Shown here: positions 10,334 through 21,596 of the stretch, piece after piece | Position numbering within the stretch: position 1 is the stretch's first letter | Layout: each line of letters begins with the position of its first letter | Assembly (NCBI GenBank): GCA_964389845.1 | Contig: CAYMFX010000002.1 | Span: 1-45,321 of the forward strand | Direction of reading: 5' to 3' | DNA length: 45,321 bases | Source: an uncultured Ruminiclostridium sp. | GTDB lineage: Bacteria > Bacillota > Clostridia > Oscillospirales > Ruminococcaceae | Translations under genes and position numbers: made by a program | Notes under the pieces: model-generated | The model's database searches: none | What the model saw: the letters and a program-made list of their open reading frames with translations, nothing else | What the model was told of the DNA's origin: nothing

Positions 10334-10654
10334 ATATGATATATCAAAAGATCATGGAACTGCTTGGCGATTTTTTTCGTATATGAACAGCATGGGCAGC
10401 GACCTTTTTGGACTATCAAATCGTCACTTTATTTGGCTTGCTTGGCTGGGCATTGTTTGTAATGGGCATTATTGTTGCGCTGTTTGACTTTGCAATTGAA
10501 TCCCAAAACGGCAGAGGTGACCCCCAAGGCTCTTGCAATGAACATAATAAAAGGCTTTATGGCGGCAAGCCTTTTTACTGTAGTACCTGTTAAGCTGTAT
10601 GGTTTAGCGGTTGCAATGCAAAGCAGTATGTCCGTCGATATGACGAGAGTTTAA
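10333..10654 (+). pseudogene. Frameshifted N-terminal fragment of an ICE conjugation membrane protein (TrbL/VirB6-like, DUF6045-like)
   Basis: Stitching frames gives MIYQKIMELLGDFF/SYMNSMGSDLF/IVTLFGLLGWALFVMGIIVALFDFAIESQNGRG/ALAMNIIKGFMAASLFTVVPVKLY. This resembles clostridial ICE TrbL-family N-termini and needs at least 3 frameshifts. Confidence 0.65.
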
Positions 10655-10866
10655 CATATTTAAGGAGACCAAGCTGAACCCGCATTATAACAGCATTGCT
10701 TATAAAAAACAATCTATCAGACTACAATACAATTGATTTTATTTTTGAGTTTTGCGGATTTGAGCTTTAATAATAATCCTTGTTTTTATTGTAAAGCTGT
10801 GATATTATTTAAATCAGAAGAAATTACAAGGCAGTATTTTCGGAATGAAAGGAGCTGTTCCGATTA

Positions 10867-11289
10867 ATGGAAACTATGAAATCTTTCATTGAAAACGATA
10901 CGGCGGATCAGGATTTAAATCTTGAATGTACGGTAACGGATATCCTACATCAGATGGGGATACCCGCAAATATCAAGGGATACCAATATTTGCGGCACGC
11001 TATAATTTTATGTGTTAGGAACAGCAAAATGATAAACAGTATGACGAAGCTTCTGTATCCTGCTGTTGCAATGGATTTTAACACAACTCCGGCGAGCGTA
11101 GAAAGTGCTATAAGGCGTGTAATATTTACCGCTTTGGACAGAGGAGATCCAAATATATTAAACGCATATTTTGGACGGAAAATAAAAGAAAAACCCACAA
11201 ATTCGGAATTTATTGCGCTTATCTCCGACAGGCTAAGGCTTCAGCATAAATTTGGAGCCTACAGCAAAAGGATTAATCCCGATAAATAA
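10867..11289 (+). CDS. Orphan Spo0A C-terminal DNA-binding domain protein (no receiver domain)
   Basis: VTDILHQMGIPANIKGYQYLR, TKLLYPAVA, TTPASVESAIR, KPTNSEFIALISDRLRL. RBS AAAGGAG. Confidence 0.88.
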   Translation: METMKSFIENDTADQDLNLECTVTDILHQMGIPANIKGYQYLRHAIILCVRNSKMINSMTKLLYPAVAMDFNTTPASVESAIRRVIFTALDRGDPNILNAYFGRKIKEKPTNSEFIALISDRLRLQHKFGAYSKRINPDK

Positions 11290-11293
11290 TAAG

Positions 11294-11335
11294 TAAAAAA
11301 TCCCGATGAATATATGTCAATCGGGATTTTTTACG
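11294..11335. terminator. Bidirectional intrinsic terminator
   Basis: GTAAAAAATCCCGAT ... ATCGGGATTTTTTTAC between convergent genes. Confidence 0.8.
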
Positions 11336-11435
11336 TTTTTGGTAATATTGCACAAATTTTTTGAAGTTCTCCACAGTTTTAACACCTTGGTGTTTTTTGG
11401 ATTTTGCGTGTCAGACAACAGCTTTGCCGCTATTT

Positions 11436-12095
11436 TTATGCAAAATAAGCGTTAAAAGCGTCAACCCCGATTTTTTCCTGTTCTTCCGCAAACTTTGCCT
11501 GTTCCTCCTCGGTGCCGTCCTCGTTTTCATTAACAGCCCCAAGCATAATAAACGCAACATAATCACCGTTTGCAACTACCTGAGAAGCATTGATTTTAGG
11601 CAGATTCATAGGATACTGCATTGTGTCGTTCACCAAGGTTTCCCTGTAGGCTTCAAGCTTGCCCTTAACGTCGTCGGTCTTGCCGCTTGCCGCCTTGACG
11701 ATAATAAGAATATCGGGGTGAGCGCCAATCATAGGCTGCTGAGCGAAATATTCGGTAAAGCTGTCCTTTTCAAGTCCTACCGTGCCGGTCAGAAATTCCT
11801 CGGGAACGTCCGTGTCGGGAATGTAATTGTCTCCGTATGCCGTCTTGATAGCGTCGGCAATCTTCTGCACCGAGCCTTCCTTACTATCGCTTTCATCTGC
11901 GGTTGTTCCCGTGTTGGTTTCATCTGCTGTTGCTTCGGCATTGTTTTCGGTGGAATCGGTCTGAACGGTTGTAACCTCGGCTGCCGAAGAGGTACCGGCG
12001 GTAGTTGTTCCGTTTCCGCCTTCCGAGCTGTTGCTGCAGCCCGACATTGCCGCCAGCACAGCAATTGCTGTCATTACGCATAAAATCTTTTTCAT
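11436..12095 (-). CDS. Lipoprotein, DUF4358-like
   Basis: Lipobox (AMSGC), S/T/E-rich linker, and a C-terminal domain with PMIGAHPDILIIVKA and QYPMNLPK...GDYVAFIMLG. Confidence 0.75.
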   Translation of the reverse strand: MKKILCVMTAIAVLAAMSGCSNSSEGGNGTTTAGTSSAAEVTTVQTDSTENNAEATADETNTGTTADESDSKEGSVQKIADAIKTAYGDNYIPDTDVPEEFLTGTVGLEKDSFTEYFAQQPMIGAHPDILIIVKAASGKTDDVKGKLEAYRETLVNDTMQYPMNLPKINASQVVANGDYVAFIMLGAVNENEDGTEEEQAKFAEEQEKIGVDAFNAYFA

Positions 12096-12193
12096 AGGCT
12101 TCTCCTTTCAATATGTCAATATGCAAGCTTTCTTTTTCGCCGCAGCTATTGCAGCAAAAAGGTTATATATATATCTTTAAACCTTTAAGCTAT

Positions 12194-12235
12194 ATTATAC
12201 CCGTGAATGTTAAGGAGATGTGAAAATCCCGTAAA
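12194..12235 (-). promoter_or_regulatory. Putative OmpR/PhoB-family activated promoter of the lipoprotein gene
   Basis: Minus strand TTTACG-N5-TTCACA-N5-TTAACA (11 bp period), then TATAAT 8 bp downstream. No canonical -35. Confidence 0.5.
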
Positions 12236-12247
12236 TTCTTCCTGTAA

Positions 12248-14049
<1,802 letters not shown>

Positions 14050-14063
14050 CAGCGGGGTTACCT

Positions 14064-16205
14064 ATGAAAGAGATATTCAACGGATATTTTGACAACCGTG
14101 AGCTGTCATGGCTGAAATTTAACGAGAGAGTGCTTGAGGAGGCGGAGGACGAAGCCTTGCCTTTAATGGAGCGGCTTAATTTCGTGTCTATTTTTTGCAG
14201 CAATCTTGACGAATTTTTTATGGTAAGGGCGGGGACTCTTCACGACCAGACCCTTGTAAAGGACGCAAAGAGGGATAATAAAACGGGTCTTACTCCCGCC
14301 GAGCAGTTGGAAAAGATAGCCCTGCGCACCGCCGAGCTGCTTCCGAGAAAAGAAAAGGCGTACAAGGAAATAATAAGCGGTCTCGGCAAGTACGGGGTTG
14401 AACAGGTCTACCCCGATAAAATAAAGGACAGCGAACAGGCTCGTTGGCTGGAAAAATATTTCGATAAGGAAATTCTTCCGCTTTTATCGCCCTCGGTCGT
14501 AGACAAGCACCACCCGCTGCCCTTCCTGAAAAATAAGGAATTGTACGCAGGAGTGGCGCTGAGAGATAAAAACGGCTCAAAGCACAACGTTTTGGGCATT
14601 CTCCCTTTGACCGTATCGGAAATATGCGGCAGAATTATTTTTATGCCCAACGATGAAAACAAGCTTAAATTTATACTAATCGAGGATTTAATTATACACT
14701 ACGCCGACAGAGTGTTTCCTAACTTTGAGCTTATTGACAAAAATATTTTCAGAATAACGAGAAACGCCGATATTGACGTTGACGAGGCGTTATACGACCA
14801 TGACGTGGATTTCAGAGACGTTATGGAGGAGCTTATTAAGAAGCGCAAAAAATTGGCTCCCATAAGAATTGAAATGTTCGCAAGGAACTCGGTTATTGAC
14901 AAGGAGGTGCTTGCGAAAAAATTAGGTCTTGAAACGGGAAGCGAGTTTATATTTATACAGAACTGTCCCCTTGACTTTGATTTTGTGGGAGCATTGAGGG
15001 ATAAGCTTGCCGACAAAAGGGAGCTTTTCTTTGCGCCGATGGTACCGCAGCAGGCGGCAATGATCAGCAAAAACGAGAGAATGATTGCGCAGGCGGAAAA
15101 AAAGGACATTCTGCTTTTCTACCCCTACGAAACCTTCAATTCCTTTATCAGGCTTCTTGACGAAGCAACAACTGATCCTTCCGTAGTCTCAATAAAAATA
15201 ACTCTTTACAGAGTGGCAAGGGACAGTAAAATAGTAAACGCTCTTATCCGCGCCGCCGAAAACGGCAAGGACGTGTTAGCTTTGGTTGAGCTGAGGGCAA
15301 GATTTGACGAGGAGAACAATATTGGCTGGGCAAAGCGGTTAGCCGATGCGGGGGTTACGGTAATATACGGCTTGGATTCTCTGAAGGTGCATTCAAAGCT
15401 GCTTTTGATAACCCGCAGAATAGGAAATGAAATAAAGTATATTACACAGGTGGGCACGGGAAACTACAATGAACGCACCTCAAGGCTGTATACCGACCTT
15501 ACTCTGATAACCTCGGATATGGAGTTCGGCACCGACGCTTCTCTTATTTTCAACAACCTTTCCATAGGCGCAGCAGTGGAAAGCAGCTCCACTCTTTGGG
15601 TAGCCCCTAACTGCCTTAAATCAAGAGTTGTGGAAATGATAGACCGTGAGATAACCTACGGCAGGGACGGCTATATCGGAATCAAAATGAACAGCCTAAC
15701 CGACATTGACATTATACAAAAGCTTGTTGAAGCGGGAAAAAGGGGAGTTAAGGTAGAGCTTATTATAAGAGGAATATGCTGTCTTGTGGCGGGAATACCC
15801 GACTGCACCGATAATATAACTGTCACCTCGATAGTGGGCAGATTCTTGGAGCATAGCCGCATTTACATTTTCGGAAAGAACGACCGCAGAAGAATTTATA
15901 TCAGCTCCGCCGACTTTATGACAAGAAACACCGAAAGGCGGGTGGAAGTAGCCGCCCCCATAAAATCCCCTCAGCTTCAAAAAGCACTCCTCGGCATATT
16001 CAACACCATGCTCAAAGATAACGTTAAGGCAAGGGTACAGCTCCCCGACGGCACCTATGCAAAAAAGAAGCTTGCAGACGGCGAAGCCCCCCTTGATTCA
16101 CAATCGTTTTTCTATCAGCAGGCATATGAGCAAGCAGAAAAAGCTTCTCAGCTTGAGCCGCCAAAGCAAAAGACGGTGGTTAAGGTCAGAAGGATTAAGA
16201 AATAA
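14064..16205 (+). CDS. ppk1: Polyphosphate kinase 1
   Basis: NRELSWLKFNERVL, SNLDEFFMVR, TLYRVA, VELRARFDEENN, KVHSK, GTGNYN, GRFLEHSR, SADFMTRN. The upstream extension in the ORF track is the heptamer repeat. Confidence 0.96.
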   Translation: MKEIFNGYFDNRELSWLKFNERVLEEAEDEALPLMERLNFVSIFCSNLDEFFMVRAGTLHDQTLVKDAKRDNKTGLTPAEQLEKIALRTAELLPRKEKAYKEIISGLGKYGVEQVYPDKIKDSEQARWLEKYFDKEILPLLSPSVVDKHHPLPFLKNKELYAGVALRDKNGSKHNVLGILPLTVSEICGRIIFMPNDENKLKFILIEDLIIHYADRVFPNFELIDKNIFRITRNADIDVDEALYDHDVDFRDVMEELIKKRKKLAPIRIEMFARNSVIDKEVLAKKLGLETGSEFIFIQNCPLDFDFVGALRDKLADKRELFFAPMVPQQAAMISKNERMIAQAEKKDILLFYPYETFNSFIRLLDEATTDPSVVSIKITLYRVARDSKIVNALIRAAENGKDVLALVELRARFDEENNIGWAKRLADAGVTVIYGLDSLKVHSKLLLITRRIGNEIKYITQVGTGNYNERTSRLYTDLTLITSDMEFGTDASLIFNNLSIGAAVESSSTLWVAPNCLKSRVVEMIDREITYGRDGYIGIKMNSLTDIDIIQKLVEAGKRGVKVELIIRGICCLVAGIPDCTDNITVTSIVGRFLEHSRIYIFGKNDRRRIYISSADFMTRNTERRVEVAAPIKSPQLQKALLGIFNTMLKDNVKARVQLPDGTYAKKKLADGEAPLDSQSFFYQQAYEQAEKASQLEPPKQKTVVKVRRIKK

Positions 16206-16229
16206 TTATACAAATAGGAGAATTCAACA

Positions 16230-18776
16230 ATGAAATTACTGGTTGTAGACGGAAACAGCATAGTAAACCGTGCCTTCTACGGTATAAAAGCCCTTTCGAA
16301 CAAGAAGGGCGTTTTCACTAACGCAATAACGGGCTTTCTGAACATTCTCCTAAAGCTTGAAAAGAGCTTTACCCCCGACTGCACAGCGGTAGCCTTCGAT
16401 TTAAAGACTCCGACATTTCGGCACAAATTATACTCTGAGTATAAAGGCACCAGAAAGCCAATGCCGGAGGAGCTGGCTATGCAAATGCCCTATGTAAAGG
16501 AAATCCTTAAGGCAATGGGTATAGCAATTGTCCAATGCGAGGGCTGGGAGGCTGACGACATTTTAGGTACCCTCTCACACGCCGCCGAGGAGAGCGGAAA
16601 CACCGCCGTAATTGCCACAGGCGACCGTGACAGCTTCCAGTTAGTCACCGACAAGGTTTATGTAAATCTTGCGGGCAACAAGGAGGACGTTCTTTACACG
16701 CCCTTAGAGGTAAGAGAAAAGTACGGTGTTGACCCCATACAAATGATTGAGGTAAAAGCCCTTATGGGAGACAGCAGCGACAATATCCCCGGAGTGAAAG
16801 GCATAGGCGAAAAAACCGCCCTTGACCTTATACAAAAGTATTCTACTGTAAGTAATATTTATGACAGATTAGACGAATTGGAATTAACTCCCAGTGTAAA
16901 AAAGAAGCTGACCGAGGGCAAGGAAAGCTGCTTTATGAGCCGCGAGCTTGGGACAATTGCCTTAAACGCACCTGTTGACCTTGACTTAAACTCCTATAAG
17001 CCTAAGGAGCGTGACGAAGTAAAGCTTGCCGAGATATTGACCGAGCTGGAAATGTTCACGATTTTAAAGAAAATGAACGTTTCCTCCGAGAATATGAAAA
17101 AAGCGGCGGATGCCGCAGCCGTTAAGGCTGCCCATGAGATTCAAGCGGCGGCTGAACCCATAAAGGAAATCATTCCGTCGGAAAAAGCGTTTGACATAAT
17201 GCTGCACGAGAACTGCTTATTGGTTTGTGAGGACGGAGAGTGCCGAAGGGTTGAGGAAGAAAATACAGTCGAGCTGAAAGCGGTTTTGGAAAGCGAAACC
17301 GAAAAGCGGACATTCGACCTGAAAGCGCTGTACGGCTTTGCTATGCCAAAGGGCATTGAAATTAAAAACGTAGCCTTTGATATAACGTTGGCGGCGTATC
17401 TTCTTAACGTAAGCTCCAACGATTACAGCCTTAAAAGGCTTTGCGCCGAATACGGGGTAACCGAATGCGATTTGGACAGCGAAGAGGGCTTAGATTTGCT
17501 CCCGGACTGCCTTTATGAGCTTGACAAAAAGCTTATGAACAAAGTAGCTGCCGAAAAGCTTGACAAGATACTTTATGAAATAGAAATGCCTCTTGCAAGG
17601 GTGCTTACCTCTATGGAGCTTGACGGCATTAAAATCGATTTGGAGGGCATTGACAGCTTCGGAAATGACCTTGACGCAAAAATCAAGGAGGTTGAAGCAA
17701 AAATTTACGAGCTGGCGGGAGAAAAATTCAATATAGGCTCTCCTAAGCAGTTAGGAATTATCCTTTTTGAAAAGCTTCGGCTGCCCTTTGGCAAGAAAAC
17801 AAAAACAGGCTATTCCACCAATGCCGACGTGCTGGAGCCGCTGTCCGACAAGCACCCCATTATCCCCTTAATAACCGATTACAGAGCCTTTACAAAGCTT
17901 CAATCCACCTATGTTAAGGGCTTGAAGGCGGCGGTGTGCAGTGACGGCAGAATACGCTCCACCTTTAAGCAAACGGAGACAAGAACGGGAAGAATCAGCA
18001 GTGCCGAGCCGAATATCCAGAACATACCCGTCCGCACCGAGTTAGGAAAAAATATGCGCCGCTTTTTTGTTGCAAAGGAAGGCTGCGTTTTGGTTGACGC
18101 CGACTATTCGCAAATCGAGCTTAGGGTGCTGGCGCATCTTGCCGATGACAAAATAATGAGGGAGGCTTTCTTAAAGGGTGACGATATTCACACCATTACC
18201 GCTTCTCAGGTGTTTAATCAACCTGTGGAATGGGTTACTCCCGAATTAAGGTCAAGGGCTAAGGCGGTAAACTTCGGCATTGTCTACGGAATAGGCGCTT
18301 TTTCCCTTTCAAAGGACATAAACGTATCCGTAGCGGAAGCCAAGCAATATATAGACGCTTATCTGACAAAGTACAGCGGCGTTGACGCATTTATGAAGAA
18401 GGTTATTGCCGACGCCAAAGCCAATCTGTATGTGGAAACAATGTTAGGGCGCAGAAGATACATCACCGATATAAATTCCTCAAACAAGATAGTACAGGCG
18501 GCGGCAAAGCGAATAGCCATGAACACTCCGATACAAGGCACCGCAGCCGACATTATAAAGCTTGCCATGATAAAGGTTTATGAGAGGCTTAAAAGAGAAA
18601 AGCTTCCCGCAAGGCTGATACTTCAGGTTCATGATGAGCTGATAGTTGAAGCGGAAGAGGGTTGTGCCGAAAAAGCGGCGGCGCTGCTTAAAGAAGAAAT
18701 GGAAAGCTGCATAAAGCTTACCGTTCCGCTTACCGTTGATGTAAAGACAGGAAAGACCTGGCATGACACCCACTGA
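16230..18776 (+). CDS. polA: DNA polymerase I
   Basis: 5'-3' exonuclease (VDGNS, EADD, GDSSDNIPGVKGIG) plus Pol A motifs DYSQIELR, KAVNFGIVYG and QVHDEL. Confidence 0.97.
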   Translation: MKLLVVDGNSIVNRAFYGIKALSNKKGVFTNAITGFLNILLKLEKSFTPDCTAVAFDLKTPTFRHKLYSEYKGTRKPMPEELAMQMPYVKEILKAMGIAIVQCEGWEADDILGTLSHAAEESGNTAVIATGDRDSFQLVTDKVYVNLAGNKEDVLYTPLEVREKYGVDPIQMIEVKALMGDSSDNIPGVKGIGEKTALDLIQKYSTVSNIYDRLDELELTPSVKKKLTEGKESCFMSRELGTIALNAPVDLDLNSYKPKERDEVKLAEILTELEMFTILKKMNVSSENMKKAADAAAVKAAHEIQAAAEPIKEIIPSEKAFDIMLHENCLLVCEDGECRRVEEENTVELKAVLESETEKRTFDLKALYGFAMPKGIEIKNVAFDITLAAYLLNVSSNDYSLKRLCAEYGVTECDLDSEEGLDLLPDCLYELDKKLMNKVAAEKLDKILYEIEMPLARVLTSMELDGIKIDLEGIDSFGNDLDAKIKEVEAKIYELAGEKFNIGSPKQLGIILFEKLRLPFGKKTKTGYSTNADVLEPLSDKHPIIPLITDYRAFTKLQSTYVKGLKAAVCSDGRIRSTFKQTETRTGRISSAEPNIQNIPVRTELGKNMRRFFVAKEGCVLVDADYSQIELRVLAHLADDKIMREAFLKGDDIHTITASQVFNQPVEWVTPELRSRAKAVNFGIVYGIGAFSLSKDINVSVAEAKQYIDAYLTKYSGVDAFMKKVIADAKANLYVETMLGRRRYITDINSSNKIVQAAAKRIAMNTPIQGTAADIIKLAMIKVYERLKREKLPARLILQVHDELIVEAEEGCAEKAAALLKEEMESCIKLTVPLTVDVKTGKTWHDTH

Positions 18777-18794
18777 TTAATAAAGGAAACCTCA

Positions 18795-19214
18795 ATGAAA
18801 AAAGTTCTGATAGTATGTACGTCAAATAAAACCCGCAGTCCCCTTGCTATGGAGATAGCAAACCATATTGCCAAAAAGAAAAACGCTCCCTACATTTTTC
18901 AAAGTGCGGGAGTGGCTGTTATCGGCGACACCTTGGACGATAACGTAATTGCGGTTCTGAAAGAAATCGGAATAGAAACGACACACAAGCCCACTCACCT
19001 TTCGGCGTACAATATCGACGAATTTGACGCTGTTCATGTGATGACCCAGCGCCAGAAGATAACGCTTTGCTCCTATTACAGAAATAAGAATATCGAGAAA
19101 AAAGTCACGGTTTTAGAGATTGACGACCCCTACTATTCGGGAATTGAAGCCTACAGGCAGTGTCGGGATAGGCTTGCCGAGTTTTACGAGAATTATATAA
19201 CCAATGATGAATGA
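18795..19214 (+). CDS. Low-molecular-weight protein-tyrosine/arginine phosphatase family
   Basis: P-loop VCTSNKTRS, SAG and IDDPY. Confidence 0.8.
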   Translation: MKKVLIVCTSNKTRSPLAMEIANHIAKKKNAPYIFQSAGVAVIGDTLDDNVIAVLKEIGIETTHKPTHLSAYNIDEFDAVHVMTQRQKITLCSYYRNKNIEKKVTVLEIDDPYYSGIEAYRQCRDRLAEFYENYITNDE

Positions 19215-19641
19215 TATAGAAATATTAGCCGAGCTGGAGCGATTGTGCTTTCCCGACAGCTTTTGGACAATGACGGATATTGAATCGACCCTTCGGCGCT
19301 CCGATGTGATTTACCGCATAAAATATTCCGAGAGCATTCCCGTTGGCTACTGCATTGCGGCGGCTGCCTTTGAAGAGGGGGAAATTTACCGTATAGGCGT
19401 ACTTCCCGAATACAGAAGAAGGGGCATTGGGAAGGAGATTATAAATGAACTGACCGAAACGCTGCCTTCCGATATAGGAAGGCTGTTTCTTGAGGTACGG
19501 GAAAGCAATCTTCCTGCTTTATCCCTATACCAAAGCTGCGGGTTTAAGGCTTTGGGGGTAAGGAAAAATTATTACGGCGCCAATGAAAATGCGGTTATAA
19601 TGGAAAGGATTAATACTTGTCCCTCCAAAAAAAGTATATAA
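19204..19641 (+). CDS. rimI: Ribosomal-protein-alanine N-acetyltransferase (GNAT)
   Basis: LERLCF, IGVLPEYRRRGIG, FLEVRESN, GFKALGVRKNYY. Confidence 0.85.
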   Translation: MMNDIEILAELERLCFPDSFWTMTDIESTLRRSDVIYRIKYSESIPVGYCIAAAAFEEGEIYRIGVLPEYRRRGIGKEIINELTETLPSDIGRLFLEVRESNLPALSLYQSCGFKALGVRKNYYGANENAVIMERINTCPSKKSI

Positions 19642-19717
19642 AAAATTCATACTCATTTTTTAAAACTAATAAAAATCTTAAAAAATTATTGCTTATAAAT
19701 TTTTTGTTATTACCATA

Positions 19718-19746
19718 TTGACATTTTCATCATAAATGATTATAAT
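19718..19746 (+). promoter_or_regulatory. Consensus sigma-A promoter
   Basis: TTGACA-N17-TATAAT upstream of the AT-rich gene pair. Confidence 0.75.
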
Positions 19747-19824
19747 TGTATATAGAATAAATATTTAATACGTTTGGTGATTATATAATACATTAAAACG
19801 TATATTTGTTAAGGAGGTATTGTA

Positions 19825-20907
19825 ATGAAAAAAATCTTTTTAAAAATCTGTTCATTTGCCACATCTCTTTTAATGATGACAAATTCAACCGTTTCGGCTA
19901 TCGTTGAGGATCGAAGCTTTGAATCTGACTTAGAAGAAATAGAAACGGAAAAGTATGAATCATGTTTGAAGCAAATTGAACAAATTGATTTAAAATTAAC
20001 GATTCTCAATAGAAGACAACGCCCTGAGGACAGCGATGAAATTTCTGAATTGAATAATGAAAGAGATTCTTTGCTGCAAGAAATCAAATTATATGGAGGG
20101 GAAACATTTGACGATAATTCCTTAATGGAGGAGGTACTTCTTAATGCCGACTATTCTCACTCTGCTCAAGCAAAAGGGCTTACTCCTTCTGAATTAACCA
20201 ATTTAGTTTCGCAGCTCAAAGGCTTTTACAGAACAGTAGGTCGAGAAGGAACTCCGACAATTAATGGCAAATCGTACAGAATTTATCAGATTAACATTTT
20301 GCAGGATGGAAATAAATTTAGCCAGGAAAAGCTTACTCGCACCATAACCGAACATTTCTATAAAAATGTATCGCCTAATTCTACAGCAGCCGATCATTTT
20401 ATCAATGAGACAATAAGACTTTACTGCTCGAAAATAGCGTCAGCAGTCGCAGAATACTTAGTTCCAGCCATAAAGTTTGTTCCATATGAGTTGTTTTTTT
20501 CATCTAAACCTTCTCCGTCGCAAATATCAACCACAGGAGATGGAGTTACTTGTGAATTGTCGACAAATAATATTATTAAATTTACCTATGTTTATGATGA
20601 TAAAACAAAATCATGGGTATATTGCTCTTCTTCCAATTGGATTACCTATGCTTTTTCTACAATTGTAACTTGTTTTACTAATGGAAATGTCGATAAAAGA
20701 TCTAAAGATTATCCCTCAGATACAATTGATGGAGGCTATAATGATGCAACAAAAAATTCAATTACAGTTTTCAACGCTATGCAGCAAAGCAATTATTATA
20801 TAGGAGCAGCTAACACTTGCGTTAATAAGGTGTCTTGTAAAACAATCTATGAGGGATCGGTTTCTGTTGATATTCTTGCTCCTAATTCACCAATGAATGT
20901 CATATAG
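19825..20907 (+). CDS. Secreted hypothetical protein (AT-rich)
   Basis: Strong RBS AAGGAGG, signal peptide ending TVSA, acidic coiled-coil N-region, beta/Tyr-rich C-region. Confidence 0.75.
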   Translation: MKKIFLKICSFATSLLMMTNSTVSAIVEDRSFESDLEEIETEKYESCLKQIEQIDLKLTILNRRQRPEDSDEISELNNERDSLLQEIKLYGGETFDDNSLMEEVLLNADYSHSAQAKGLTPSELTNLVSQLKGFYRTVGREGTPTINGKSYRIYQINILQDGNKFSQEKLTRTITEHFYKNVSPNSTAADHFINETIRLYCSKIASAVAEYLVPAIKFVPYELFFSSKPSPSQISTTGDGVTCELSTNNIIKFTYVYDDKTKSWVYCSSSNWITYAFSTIVTCFTNGNVDKRSKDYPSDTIDGGYNDATKNSITVFNAMQQSNYYIGAANTCVNKVSCKTIYEGSVSVDILAPNSPMNVI

Positions 20908-20924
20908 TCCAAAGGAGATTTGCA

Positions 20925-21422
20925 ATGAAAAAAGCAATTATAATTATTTTAATTGCAGCCATACTTGTAGGTGTGGGAATTTGGGTTTTTACTTTCAGAA
21001 CCGACGAATGGAACGAGACGGTTCATCTTTACGATAAGTTTGATGTGGATTGGAACCTTGGCGATGACGCAAAGTTGAACGGAAATACAAAATATATTGA
21101 AGCGGAATGTGACTTCAAGGTGGTACACAACTTAGTGAGTATGAATGTTGATGGTAAGGTTAAAATAAACGGCAAGGAATATAATGTTTTCTGTTATTCC
21201 AAGGACGATGCCGGAATCAATATTCTCAATGATTTTGACGACAGGATAGCGGGTTATTTGTCTCCTGACCGAAAATGTTTTCAGCTCATTTATAAAGGAA
21301 CATTTTGGGTAATGTCGGAAAACAGCATAGGAGACCTTAAGGAGTCGCTTAAGTCTTTTGGATTTGTTCCTTCTGATTATATGCCGCCTATAACGGAGGT
21401 TACCGATAAAGTGCAGCAGTGA
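20925..21422 (+). CDS. Membrane-anchored hypothetical protein
   Basis: RBS AAAGGAG, single N-terminal hydrophobic helix, 17 bp after the previous stop. Confidence 0.75.
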   Translation: MKKAIIIILIAAILVGVGIWVFTFRTDEWNETVHLYDKFDVDWNLGDDAKLNGNTKYIEAECDFKVVHNLVSMNVDGKVKINGKEYNVFCYSKDDAGINILNDFDDRIAGYLSPDRKCFQLIYKGTFWVMSENSIGDLKESLKSFGFVPSDYMPPITEVTDKVQQ

Positions 21423-21460
21423 TAATTTTTAATAAAATAGACTGTAAAAAAGCGCAGCAA

Positions 21461-21507
21461 AAAACCGAACCTCTCACTTCTGTGAGTTGGTTCGGGTTTC
21501 TTTTTTT
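21461..21507 (+). terminator. Intrinsic terminator
   Basis: AAACCGAACC-TCTCAC...GTGAG-TTGGTTCGGGTTT followed by a T-tract. Confidence 0.7.
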
Positions 21508-21596
21508 CAAAACTAACCTCATCAAATTCTTGACAAATTCTTTACATTAACTATAATTATATTAAGAACATTAATACAAAATAAAAGGAACCTGAG

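Noticed and set aside
11361-12083. 240 aa plus-strand ORF
   Set aside because: Antisense to the lipoprotein gene, which has a clear RBS and lipobox.
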